Notes: generated by a model not told the origin, from the letters alone. 27,737 nt of DNA from Acaryochloridaceae cyanobacterium VAR_48_metabat_390 (GCA_031422435.1 JANPLU010000097.1:1-27737); one strand, 5' to 3'; shown: positions 10,655 to 19,530, numbered from the stretch's first letter. Translations and numbers: made by a program.

Positions 10655-10852
10655 TTACTTCATTACATTAGCCGCCATCACCCTGCTAAAGACAACGTGA
10701 TAGGTCAAGATTTATTTAAGTTTGGGAATATTCCTGAGTGATATATCTGCAGCGCCTTCTGGAAGCTTAGCAAATACATCATCCCTAGGCGCAAAGACTG
10801 TGAACGGACTCGTACCTTTGAGCGTACTAACTAAACCAGCAGCCTTAACCAA
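10655..10852 (-). pseudogene. Fasciclin (FAS1/MPB70-like) gene remnant
   Basis: Manual translation [30 protein letters not shown]...IPKLK*ILTYHVV.. contains the FAS1 motifs TVFAP and ILTYHVV. In-frame TAA at 10712-10714; both ends missing. Confidence 0.85.
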
Positions 10853-10953
10853 AGGTGCCGCTTTGAGTGAATGCCTAGAAAAGTTTAGTGGCCTCAGCCC
10901 TAAAAGTAATGTCGTTTTATGGTCAATAGAATTTATTTATGCTTGCCTATGTA

Positions 10954-11223
10954 TTAAATTTTTGATGCAATTAGGACAAAAAATACAAGAAGGCCTAATG
11001 CTCGACGAAAATAATTAACGCCCTGAAATAATTCTTGCCAAGCCCAAGTAAATAAAGAACCGAAGGCTAGTAAATCTAGTCCAGTATAAATTTTACCAGT
11101 TGTAAAAATCAACTTTAATAAACTAGCTGCAATCCAGATGATAATTGGCAGGTTTGGCATCTGAGCGAGAACAACTTTACCTTTGCTGTCTCGAAACACT
11201 TGATCAAATAATGTATTTGCCAT
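10954..11223 (-). CDS. Small hypothetical membrane protein (2-3 TM)
   Basis: 89-aa ORF with hydrophobic segments, AQMPNLP and W..QELFQGVNYFRR. AGAGAG lies upstream of the ATG. Confidence 0.75.
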   Translation of the reverse strand: MANTLFDQVFRDSKGKVVLAQMPNLPIIIWIAASLLKLIFTTGKIYTGLDLLAFGSLFTWAWQELFQGVNYFRRALGLLVFFVLIASKI

Positions 11224-11293
11224 TAATCACTCTCTTTTTAACGTTTTCTCTCACTCGCTAATTCACAAGTTGACCTGTTAAGCAGGTTGGTTA

Positions 11294-11321
11294 GACTGTA
11301 GAGAAAAACTTCTCTACAGTC
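11294..11321. terminator. Stem-loop downstream of katE (terminator or mRNA-stabilising hairpin)
   Basis: GACTGTAGAGAA-aaac-TTCTCTACAGTC is a perfect 12-bp stem. There is no strong U-tract. Confidence 0.5.
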
Positions 11322-11375
11322 CTTACGCGAACTGCCTTGCTAAGTTGTCACCCTTGGCGATCGCAAAGCCTGGCC

Positions 11376-13472
11376 TTAAGCAGATCGCATCCAGTAACGG
11401 TGGGCTTTAATAGCCTCAATAAAGGCTTGAGAAAATGCCTTCATTCCCGATGGATCTCGACTGACCACAACACCCAAGTCAGAACTCGTTTTGTCATTTT
11501 CCTTGCTCAGGTCAATTCCCTTCAGATCTGACTGTATTAAAAGATCGACGCCCTCACCAGAGGCAGAGATCGGTTTATAGTGCCGGAAAGCCTCAGTAAT
11601 AAAATTCAGCGCTTCTCCATGTGTCTTTAAAGCCTTAATACTTTGAGCACCACCTGGTATATAAATTGCATCAAAGAGTACCGAAGCCGTGGTCAAAAAG
11701 GTCTGATGCACCTCAACCTCTTGGATATCCTTACTCTTGATAGTGCCGCCAGATTTTGACACGACTTCTACCGCGACACCCACTGCGCTTAAAGCCTGCT
11801 GAAGTGACGTAAGCTGAGAAGCATCCACTCCATCCATCGCTAAAATTGCTACCTTACGACCTTTTGCCGTTTTTGTCGTGTGCTCTTGACTCAGTGCTGC
11901 CGACTTTTGACCATGATTTGGCGTTTTAGATTCAGCGGGTGCTGCCATCCCCAAACCTTGAGCCACTCGTTTTGCTAACTCATGATCGACCTGATTAAAT
12001 CGATCAACCATGCTTTGCTGCACATTTTTATCCTTGGCTTTACCCAATTCAAAATGAGCAGCCTCAACAAGGTGATTTTTCTCACTCACTGAAAGGCTGT
12101 TCCAGAACAGCGTTGCTTGACTAAAGTGATCGGAAAAACTAGGGCTGCGCTCTCGAACTTTATGCCCTTCCACCCGCTCTGGATAATGCACAAAGCCCCC
12201 TTCTTCTTCAGCTACAGGAGCAGGGAGATTGTCACCTAAAGAATTAGGTGAATAGTTAACGCGACTGGTTTTTACCTCCATCTGCATCCGTCCGTCTTGA
12301 TTATTATTGCTGAATGGACAGACAGGACGGTTGATGGGCAAATGGACAAAGTTTGGACTGCCGAGCCGATGTACTTGGGTGTCGTGGTAAGAGAACAAAC
12401 GGCCTTGTAACAGTGGATCGTCGCTAAAATCAATACCGGCGACAATATTAGAGGGTCGAAAGGCAACCTGCTCTGTTTCCGCAAAGAAATTATCGGGGTT
12501 GCGGTTGAGCACCATTTTGCCAATCGGCTGCACCGGAACCAGCTCTTCTGGAATCAGTTTAGTGGAGTCCAAAATATCGAAGTCAAACTTGTGTTCGTCT
12601 TCTGCCTCAATAATTTGTACCCCTAGCTCATACTCTGGGTAGTTGCCTTTTTCAATCGACTCCCATAAATCTCGACGATGAAAGTCAGGGTCTTTGCCTG
12701 CAATCTTTTGAGCTTCGTCAAAGACGTTAGAGTGTACCCCAGCGATGGGTTTCCAGTGGTATTTGATGAAGCGAGACTTACCTTCAGCATTTATCCAGCG
12801 GAACGTGTGTATGCCAAAACCCTGCATCGTACGGAAGTTGCGGGGTAGTGTGCGGTCAGACAGAAGCCACATCACCATATGCATAGATTCGGGTATTAGC
12901 GAAATAAAGTCCCAGAAGCTTGGATGTGCGGTTGAAGCCTGAGGCATCTCATGGTCTGGTTCAGGCTTAACTGCATGAACAATGTCAGGGAACTTAATAG
13001 CATCCTGAATAAAGAAAACAGGAATATTGTTACCGACAATATCGTAGTTACCTTCTTCGGTATAAAACTTAACCGAGAAACCACGGACATCCCGTACCGC
13101 ATCGGCTGAGCCACGCGAACCACCGACCGTTGAAAACCGAACAAAAACGGGCGTTTTTACGGAAGGATTTTGCAGAAACTTGGCTTTCGTAAACTCTGAC
13201 ATTGATTCATAGGGCTGAAAGTATCCATGAGCGCCAGAACCTCTCGCATGAACAACACGTTCTGGAATGCGCTCGCGGTCAAAACTAGCCAGCTTTTCTT
13301 GAAAATGGAAGTCTTCAACTAGTGTGGGACCGCGTGAGGCAGCCTTAAGCGAGTCATTCGTGCTGTTAACTGAATGCCCATCGTCTGTGGTTAAGTTTTG
13401 ACCTGCACCTGTACGATAATCATCCAGGCTTTGATCTTTGCTTTGCTCGTTGACCGAATTTTGTTCGTTCAT
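11376..13472 (-). CDS. katE: Large-subunit monofunctional heme catalase (HPII-type) with C-terminal DJ-1/flavodoxin-like domain
   Basis: FDRERIPERVVHARG (distal His), VGNNIPVFFIQD, RLFSYHDTQ (proximal Tyr) and C-terminal GRKVAILA..FDAIYIPGG; 698 aa. Confidence 0.95.
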   Translation of the reverse strand: MNEQNSVNEQSKDQSLDDYRTGAGQNLTTDDGHSVNSTNDSLKAASRGPTLVEDFHFQEKLASFDRERIPERVVHARGSGAHGYFQPYESMSEFTKAKFLQNPSVKTPVFVRFSTVGGSRGSADAVRDVRGFSVKFYTEEGNYDIVGNNIPVFFIQDAIKFPDIVHAVKPEPDHEMPQASTAHPSFWDFISLIPESMHMVMWLLSDRTLPRNFRTMQGFGIHTFRWINAEGKSRFIKYHWKPIAGVHSNVFDEAQKIAGKDPDFHRRDLWESIEKGNYPEYELGVQIIEAEDEHKFDFDILDSTKLIPEELVPVQPIGKMVLNRNPDNFFAETEQVAFRPSNIVAGIDFSDDPLLQGRLFSYHDTQVHRLGSPNFVHLPINRPVCPFSNNNQDGRMQMEVKTSRVNYSPNSLGDNLPAPVAEEEGGFVHYPERVEGHKVRERSPSFSDHFSQATLFWNSLSVSEKNHLVEAAHFELGKAKDKNVQQSMVDRFNQVDHELAKRVAQGLGMAAPAESKTPNHGQKSAALSQEHTTKTAKGRKVAILAMDGVDASQLTSLQQALSAVGVAVEVVSKSGGTIKSKDIQEVEVHQTFLTTASVLFDAIYIPGGAQSIKALKTHGEALNFITEAFRHYKPISASGEGVDLLIQSDLKGIDLSKENDKTSSDLGVVVSRDPSGMKAFSQAFIEAIKAHRYWMRSA

Positions 13473-13579
13473 GCTTTTCCCTTGGGGTAATGTTTTCAGC
13501 CTTCTAATGCAATCACGTGGCGAATTGACCTTCGTGGAGGTAAGTCAATGTCTAAGAAAGATAATTTTTATTCATGTTT

Positions 13580-13623
13580 ACTCTAGAGAATAAATTACGA
13601 CTTATGCTCCAACTTTAGGCAGA
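13580..13623 (-). promoter_or_regulatory. Putative activator-dependent promoter of katE
   Basis: Minus strand: TCTGCC-TAAA-GTTGGA (13623-13608), then 22 nt, then TAGAGT (13585-13580). Confidence 0.55.
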
Positions 13624-13775
13624 GATAAAAAGTGCCAAAGATCTCCTAATAGCGACTTGCAAGGTAAGTATCGGCAAGTAAAAAGCTATGATTTTAAACA
13701 CAAAGTCACTCGGCTTGCTAGAAATATATTTATCAATATTTAGGGTCTATGTTTACATTTTGAAGCAAGCTTTAT

Positions 13776-13819
13776 TCTTTCTTCGGAGAGATGAAGCATA
13801 AGGCAGGATTAACTATGAT
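13776..13819 (+). promoter_or_regulatory. Putative activator-dependent promoter of the SRPBCC gene
   Basis: TCTTTC-TTCG-GAGAGA (13776-13791), then 22 nt, then TATGAT (13814-13819). Confidence 0.6.
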
Positions 13820-13866
13820 CAGCAGTGATTTAATGTAAAAAACCTTAAATACATAAAGGAAAATTT

Positions 13867-14391
13867 ATGAGTATTCAGGTTGAAAAAAGTATTTCAATTC
13901 GGCGATCGCCTGAGGAACTGTATAACTTTTGGCACCACTTTGAAAACTTGCCGCGCTTTATGAACCATTTAGAAGCGGTTCATCCCATTGATGAACGCCG
14001 TTCTCACTGGATCACAAAAGCACCCTTAGGCAATTATGTCGAATGGGATGCCGAAATTACGGAAGATGAGGAAAACAAGCTCATCTGTTGGCGGTCGCTC
14101 CCTGGCGCAACTGTGCCAAATCAAGGCTGTGTTAGCTTCCATAGTTCAGAATATACGGATGGTACAGAAGTTACGGTAACGATGAGCTACGAGCCTCCTG
14201 GGGGGATGGCTGGGGCCGTTATTGCAACACTATTTGGCGAAGCGCCCAATCAGCAACTTACAGAGGATTTGTGGCGACTCAAAAAAGAAATTGAGGGTGG
14301 AAATACATCTCTCCAAGAATCTGAACACAAATTACACCCCTCGAAAACTCGGAGGGGTGTGGCTCTAAAAGAGCCGCAGCCCCAGCATTGA
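13867..14391 (+). CDS. SRPBCC cyclase/dehydrase-family protein
   Basis: SPEELYNFWHHFENLPRFMNHL, SHW...PLG..VEWDAEI and YEPPGG. AAGGA RBS upstream. Confidence 0.88.
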   Translation: MSIQVEKSISIRRSPEELYNFWHHFENLPRFMNHLEAVHPIDERRSHWITKAPLGNYVEWDAEITEDEENKLICWRSLPGATVPNQGCVSFHSSEYTDGTEVTVTMSYEPPGGMAGAVIATLFGEAPNQQLTEDLWRLKKEIEGGNTSLQESEHKLHPSKTRRGVALKEPQPQH

Positions 14392-14546
14392 AGACAGCAG
14401 CGCTATCTAGGTATTTGGGCTAGTCTACAGAGTCCTCTAAAAATTGATGAATTTGCTGAATGAGTTCTGTCTGATCGAAGAATAGCCAATCTTCTACAAA
14501 ACCCTGATATTTAGTCTCTGCCAGCAGTACTTTTTCATTTCAAGAG

Positions 14547-14868
14547 TTGAGCGGGAATCCAGAGCGACTGAGCAATTTATTCGTTGAGTTTGCCCTAGAC
14601 CAACTCTCCATCGCTCCAACCATGATGATTTTGGACATGGATGTCACAGATGACGAAGTTCATGGACATCAATTCGTTTTGCAACTCCTATTACGACAGC
14701 ACCTGCTATGTCCCTGTGTTGATTTTTTTTGGTTATCACCTATGGGCTGTAAAATTACGCCCCTCAAATGTAGACCCTGCCAAAGGAGCACTCGACGAGA
14801 TAGCGTGAATTCTCCCACTGATCCGCAAGCGCTGGCCTGAGACCCTGATTATGATTCGCGGCGATCGC
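14547..14868 (+). mobile_element. IS1380-family transposase fragment (pseudogene)
   Basis: ILDMDVTDDEVHGHQ, then after a frameshift YY..CYVP..IF.G.HL..VKLRPSNVDPAKGALDEIA*I...IRKRWPETLIMIRGD. One internal stop; no IRs seen. Confidence 0.8.
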
Positions 14869-15030
14869 AGCCTCCGCCTTGCCGAAAAATTTCCCTGATC
14901 GATTAAATCTCAGAGGCGATCGCCTTTTCTGACAATACTTCGGGAGAGCGATCGCCCTTACTCCGCAAACAGACCAAGACCGCTGCGAAGATGTATAGGA
15001 TGTCAATATACCTCAGCAACCTGCAATCGT

Positions 15031-15231
15031 ATGAAAATCAAAGCGGTCATCTGGCAAGAAGATGGAGTCTGGTGCGGATCGGTTCCTGCACTACCGGGTT
15101 GTCATACTTGGGGAGATACCCACGAGCAGTTAATCGCAATGCTCTCAGATGCAGTTCAAGCTTTGCTGGAAGTTGCCAGCTAACAGAAAGAACTCGAATC
15201 TGAACAGCAGTTGGTTGAACTGACGTTATGA
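15031..15231 (+). pseudogene. hicB: HicB-family antitoxin with premature stop
   Basis: Not in the track. Translation MKIKAVIWQEDGVWCGSVPALPGCHTWGDTHEQLIAMLSDAVQALLEVAS*QKELESEQQLVELTL*. TAA at 15181; the original TGA overlaps the next ATG (ATGA at 15228). Confidence 0.85.
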
Positions 15232-15650
15232 AATCTGTATCTGGCAAAAACCTTTGTAAGATTGTTGAAAAAAGGGGATGGAGACTTAGGCGGATTACGG
15301 GGAGTCACCATATCTACACATTAGAAAGTCAGCTTGGCGACCTGTGGGAAGAATTGACTGAGTATGAAGCCCTGACAATTCATGGAGATGACGAGCCACT
15401 GGTGTTTGAGTTGAATTCACTTGAGGCTTTACCTCTAGCGCTCATTAAAGCCCGAATTGCCACTAAACTGAGTCAAAAAGATTTAGCAGAACGATTAGGA
15501 CTCAAGGAACAACAAATTCAGCGATATGAGGCGACGGAATATGCTTCTGCAAATCTTGCACGGGTGATTAGAGTCAGTCAGGCACTGGGGATGAAACTAC
15601 AATCCAGCGCAGGAATTGAAGTAAGGTTGGAGGCAACTCGGCAATCATAA
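15228..15650 (+). pseudogene. Chimera of a HicA toxin N-terminus fused in frame to the C-terminal part of an XRE-HTH (HigA-like) protein
   Basis: aa 1-31 MKSVSGKNLCK..GW...RITGSHHIY are HicA-like. The remainder, LESQL..L..E..EYEAL...LIKARIA..LSQKDLAERLGLKEQQIQRYEATEY, is HTH_3-like. Confidence 0.75.
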
Positions 15651-15845
15651 GAACTGGCTCATGGAACAAGGGCGATCGCCCGTCAACACCCATACCGATC
15701 TAGAAGTCCCAGAATCATAGGTGCATAAGCCTTCAGGTCAAGTTTTGGCTTGTAGTCGTTCATTTGAACAGAATACAATAGAGGGTAGTGAACGTTGAAT
15801 TGGAATCTAAACCCAGTCCATACCTTTATTTATGTGTATTTGCTT

Positions 15846-16088
15846 ATGCCCACACTGCATGTCGATGAAGCACAACAGACTCTGCCAAATTTGATTGATT
15901 CCGTCAGTCAATCTCATCAGCCAGTTGTGATCGCAGGTAAAAGCGGCAATGCTGTTTTGCTGTCGGAATCTGATTGGTCAGCCATTCAAGAAACGCTCTA
16001 TCTACTGTCGGTACCTGGAATGAGAGAATCCATTAAGGAAGGGTTGGCGACTCCGATTGATGACTGTGATCGGGATTTGGTTTGGTGA
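15846..16088 (+). CDS. yefM: Phd/YefM-family antitoxin
   Basis: HQPVVIAGKSGNAVLLSESDWSAIQETLYLLSVPGMRESI. ATG15846 chosen as start. Confidence 0.92.
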   Translation: MPTLHVDEAQQTLPNLIDSVSQSHQPVVIAGKSGNAVLLSESDWSAIQETLYLLSVPGMRESIKEGLATPIDDCDRDLVW

Positions 16089-16348
16089 GTTGGCAGCTCG
16101 TTTTCACGAAGCAAGCTCAGAAAGACGCGAAGAAGCTAGCCTCTAGTAATCTGCAAGCAAAGACACAAGCATTACTCAATATTCTCCAGATCGCTCCATT
16201 TCAAACCCCGCCACCTTTTGAGAAATTGGTGGGCGATCTGGCAGGCGCTTATTTGCGACGAATCAACATTCAGCATCGTCTTGTGTATGAGGTTATTGAG
16301 GCAAAGCAGATTGTCAAAATTTTGAGGATGTGGACTCATTATGAGTGA
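16085..16348 (+). CDS. yoeB: Txe/YoeB-family mRNA interferase toxin
   Basis: PPFEKLVGDLAGAY.RRINIQHRLVY and C-terminal MWTHYE. GTGA overlap with the antitoxin. Confidence 0.92.
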   Translation: MSWQLVFTKQAQKDAKKLASSNLQAKTQALLNILQIAPFQTPPPFEKLVGDLAGAYLRRINIQHRLVYEVIEAKQIVKILRMWTHYE

Positions 16349-16502
16349 TGCCTCAAACCCAAGATCGCCCAGTGCACCCTCAAGGAATGGTGTAGATGGT
16401 GATGCTATGTTGGCTGTTTGGGGGAGGGCAATTATGGTTATATTTGAGAACACTATTTGAAGATCTTAAGCTTGCTTTTATTTTTGTTGGTTTATCGCAA
16501 AT

Positions 16503-18230
16503 TTAAAGAACACTAAACAAAAGATAAATGATGTAATTAAAATATTTTATAACTCTATCAAATCCTATAAAACTCAAGAAACCAATAATAGTCGCAGCAA
16601 AAGTAAGAGTATTAATTGCTTCTGTATTTTTGTGACTTAAATATTCAGAGTAGTATTCTTTCATGAACCTTGAATATTTTAGCAAGTAATTCTGTTTGTA
16701 TTTAATTTGACTAAAAATAAATTTTGACAAAGACTCTTTCTCCTCATCAGACTGCTCGGAAATACTCAATTTATTCAACCCAACCATTTTAATAAAAATT
16801 CTTTCTAATGGAATTTTGTTCATTCTTGAATTTAGCATTCGTCTGTTTTGATGCATTTCCATAATTAATCTTTCAATAATAAGTAGATTTTTATTAAGCA
16901 AGATAAATGCTTTTTCTGACTCGAAAAATCTACCAATAAAATTCTGATTTATTTTTTTAAAAATAATTGATCTCTCCCTAGATAAATGATTCTCTAGAGT
17001 TGAAATTAGCTCGACAATTGCAAGGGAAGAGGAAATACTTGCAATCAGCTCTAGGGATCTACAGTATGACATATTTTCTGGAGTAATATATGCAGAAATA
17101 TTTTCATCATTTATGAAAGTATTTAAATCTAAAAAAATGCAGGATGACTTTTTGTTGATACTTGGAATAAAAGTAATTCCATTTTTATAGAATATTCTCG
17201 AAGATATAATAGAATTGTAAATATGATTCCCATAGATATTGACATCGGAGGTTGATTGAATAAGCCAATTATTAAAACTTATATCTAAATTATTTGATCT
17301 GTTGACTGTAAATGCTCTAACAGAAAGAAACTTTAATTTTTCTCCACGAGAATTTTTATAAAAATGACCTCTAACGTAAGGACATAAACAATCCTCAATT
17401 CTAGACTGTAAATCCTCGAAATATTTATTGTAGATTTCAATAAATGGTTCTAAATTTGAATTCTCGCAATATGGACTTTTTAGAATCATCCAAGGAAAGA
17501 TATTTGAAAATTCAACGACTGAAAGTGGTTTTTTACTTTTTATTAAAGAAAATTTATTTGTTGCTGCAATATCTAACTCTATATCAAATAAGATCATTAT
17601 TGATGAAGGTAAAATTTTTGAAGCCCTTACTTCAATATATTTCACTTCTTCTGGCAAGTCATCAAAATAACGAGTGTTTTCATGATAGATAATTTGTTCT
17701 GAGTATAGATGTTTTGGTATAATTTTTCCAACTTGATTTTCCCAATCTATTGATAAATCTGACTTTGAGAAATCACATAAGAAGTTATTGTCTCTAATTG
17801 TATTATTATTTAAAGTAGGGAAAAGCTTTATTATTTGAATCCTGAGATCATCAAAATCTTCAATATTAAATATCAGGGTCATTTCATTCTAGATTTAGGC
17901 GACGAGTTTCGGTGGTTTCAGCCATCGAAGACGAAAATCTCTGATGCCTGGAACGGTGCATTCTCGTAGATGCACAAAATGTCGAAATTTAGAATGAAAC
18001 AGCCCTGTATTAAATACATCAACTAGATATATTCTTGAAAGACTAATTTCTCTGTCCTGAAATGAATTAATTTCATTGAAAAAGTGTTGAGCATTTTCTC
18101 TTTGCAATTTACGTATTTCTTGAAGCTTTGCTATTAAACTATTATTAAAGCTAGGTAGAGGTTCAGCAAAATCAAGATACTGCTTAGAAAGAAGATATCT
18201 AAGGTTTTTTTGGAATTTTTTAAAGATCAT
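16503..18230 (-). pseudogene. AT-rich orphan membrane-anchored protein gene (~527 aa reconstructed), interrupted by a MITE
   Basis: Track ORFs 17895-18230 and 16503-17882 are in the same frame. Removing the 144-bp insertion joins ..YLVDVFN to IEDFDDLR.. The C-terminus carries a hydrophobic segment. Confidence 0.75.
17874..18007. mobile_element. 134-bp MITE with CAGGG termini (ISAs1-like ends)
   Basis: Terminal IRs 17874-17896 and 17985-18007 match at 19/23. Flanking 10-bp direct repeat TATTAAATAT / TATTAAATAC (9/10). Higher GC than the host gene. Confidence 0.85.
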
Positions 18231-18536
18231 AATATTTCAAGAAGTCGAATCAAACATAATGATCGTTAATTATCTAATCTAGTCTTAGGTTGATCATAGT
18301 TGGTTTGTCGTTTACCACGAATAGAGATAGAGCTTGTCTGAGCTGCAAGGGTGGGTTGAGATTGCTGAGTTCCTCTAAATTCTAAGCTACGTAAAGATTG
18401 CCTACGCTATGCATAGCCTTTTTCTTTAGCGAATCTATTGATGTTCAGCGTAAACGAGTATGGGTTATGGCGCGATCAAATCCCAAACAGGCACTAAGAG
18501 ATTGATGGCGATCGCCCCAGTATTTGCTTAAAGTCT

Positions 18537-18590
18537 GCGATCGCCTTGGTTTAGCATTTGATTCAAAATCTGAACGACCGTTTGGGATTG
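18537..18590 (+). repeat. HIP1-anchored direct repeat, copy A
   Basis: 45/54 identical, ungapped, to 19531-19584, including the exact 21-mer CTGAACGACCGTTTGGGATTG. Confidence 0.85.
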
Positions 18591-18728
18591 CGCGAGCGGC
18601 TATATCTGGAGTCATCCTTCTACGATCATATGTTTTGGTTGTGGAGGGCGATAGCTACGCAACAAGAGTCCGCATTTCAGCGAGGTGGTTTTTGCTGGGG
18701 CGATCGCCAAACCTGCCAGACCTAGAGA

Positions 18729-19223
18729 TTAATGGTGATCGGTTAGGATCGTGGATTCAATAAGATTCAGAGTACCAATTTGCAACACCGAAGTCTCTGC
18801 CTTGCGAGGTCGGCCTCCACGCTTCCCATTTTCCTGAGAAGCTTTTGCTTTCGCCGTAGATTTTGCCATTCCCCCAAGACGACCTAGCTCCTTCATCCAA
18901 GTCTTCGTCCCAAAAAAGCCTGCAATCATTTGCGGCACACCCAAATCCACATCCAAACTTTCCCAGTGCAGACCATACCCAGAAGGTGTCACTTCAACCT
19001 CTACAAGCTGCTCAGGCGTCGCCAATTCCAGCCCTTCCAAAAGCTGATGTGGGAAGCCTATCACAATGCCAGTCTTAATCTCAATGAAAACCCGTGCAGA
19101 CGTCAGTTCATACCAAGCTTTTACCGCACGAGGTTCCGTTTCATCCAGAACCTCGCCGGCTTGACGGGCCTGATTGATTTGCGCTTGTAACGCCGCGTTA
19201 GTTATAAAATCATCTTTGCTCAT
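18729..19223 (-). CDS. DUF2442-domain protein (putative antitoxin)
   Basis: L..ATPEQL..VEVTPSGYGLHWESLDVDLGVP, FGTKTWM and the tail K..AS.ENGKRGGRPRK. Confidence 0.82.
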   Translation of the reverse strand: MSKDDFITNAALQAQINQARQAGEVLDETEPRAVKAWYELTSARVFIEIKTGIVIGFPHQLLEGLELATPEQLVEVEVTPSGYGLHWESLDVDLGVPQMIAGFFGTKTWMKELGRLGGMAKSTAKAKASQENGKRGGRPRKAETSVLQIGTLNLIESTILTDHH

Positions 19224-19461
19224 GGATTTCTCTCCATTTTCCTAGCAATTTAGCCTGGTTTTCTTTAACGAGATACAGCGCTTTAGCAACATCTTTATCG
19301 CTGATTTGCCCAGTAATTGTCATCAAGCTAGGATCTGACTCTTCATCGCCCAACTCAATTCGCACTTCACCGCTGCCCTTCAAAACATGTACATGAGACG
19401 GTAAATGATCGTTTGAATAAATGACAACCCGAAAACCTTGTTCCCTGAGAATTGTCGGCAT
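19210..19461 (-). CDS. DUF4160-domain protein (putative HicA-like toxin)
   Basis: MPTILREQGFRVVIYSNDHLPSHVHV and a C-terminal W.EIH. Overlaps DUF2442 by 14 bp. Confidence 0.85.
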   Translation of the reverse strand: MPTILREQGFRVVIYSNDHLPSHVHVLKGSGEVRIELGDEESDPSLMTITGQISDKDVAKALYLVKENQAKLLGKWREIHEQR

Positions 19462-19530
19462 AATTATTCCTGCACATTCTCAGGATAACCTAACGCTTAG
19501 GTTATTTTACTCTTGTGATGCAGATTTCTA

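Noticed and set aside
10722..11018. 98-aa + strand ORF
   Set aside because: It is the antisense of the fasciclin remnant and of the end of the 89-aa gene.
13546..13561. Half-match to the stress palindrome (minus strand TCTTTC-TTAG-ACATTG), plus weaker matches at 10574-10614
   Set aside because: Only one arm matches, and the 13546 site has no TAnnnT 22 nt downstream. These are possible auxiliary sites at best.
14991..15247. Track ORFs 14991-15203 (+) and 15047-15247 (-)
   Set aside because: They are in the wrong frame or strand; the real gene is hicB starting at ATG15031.
16249..16266. YoeB reads YLRRI where the family usually has Y/W-SRRI
   Set aside because: This is a single substitution, with the catalytic-type Glu, Arg and C-terminal His-Tyr retained. 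It is not enough to call the toxin inactive.
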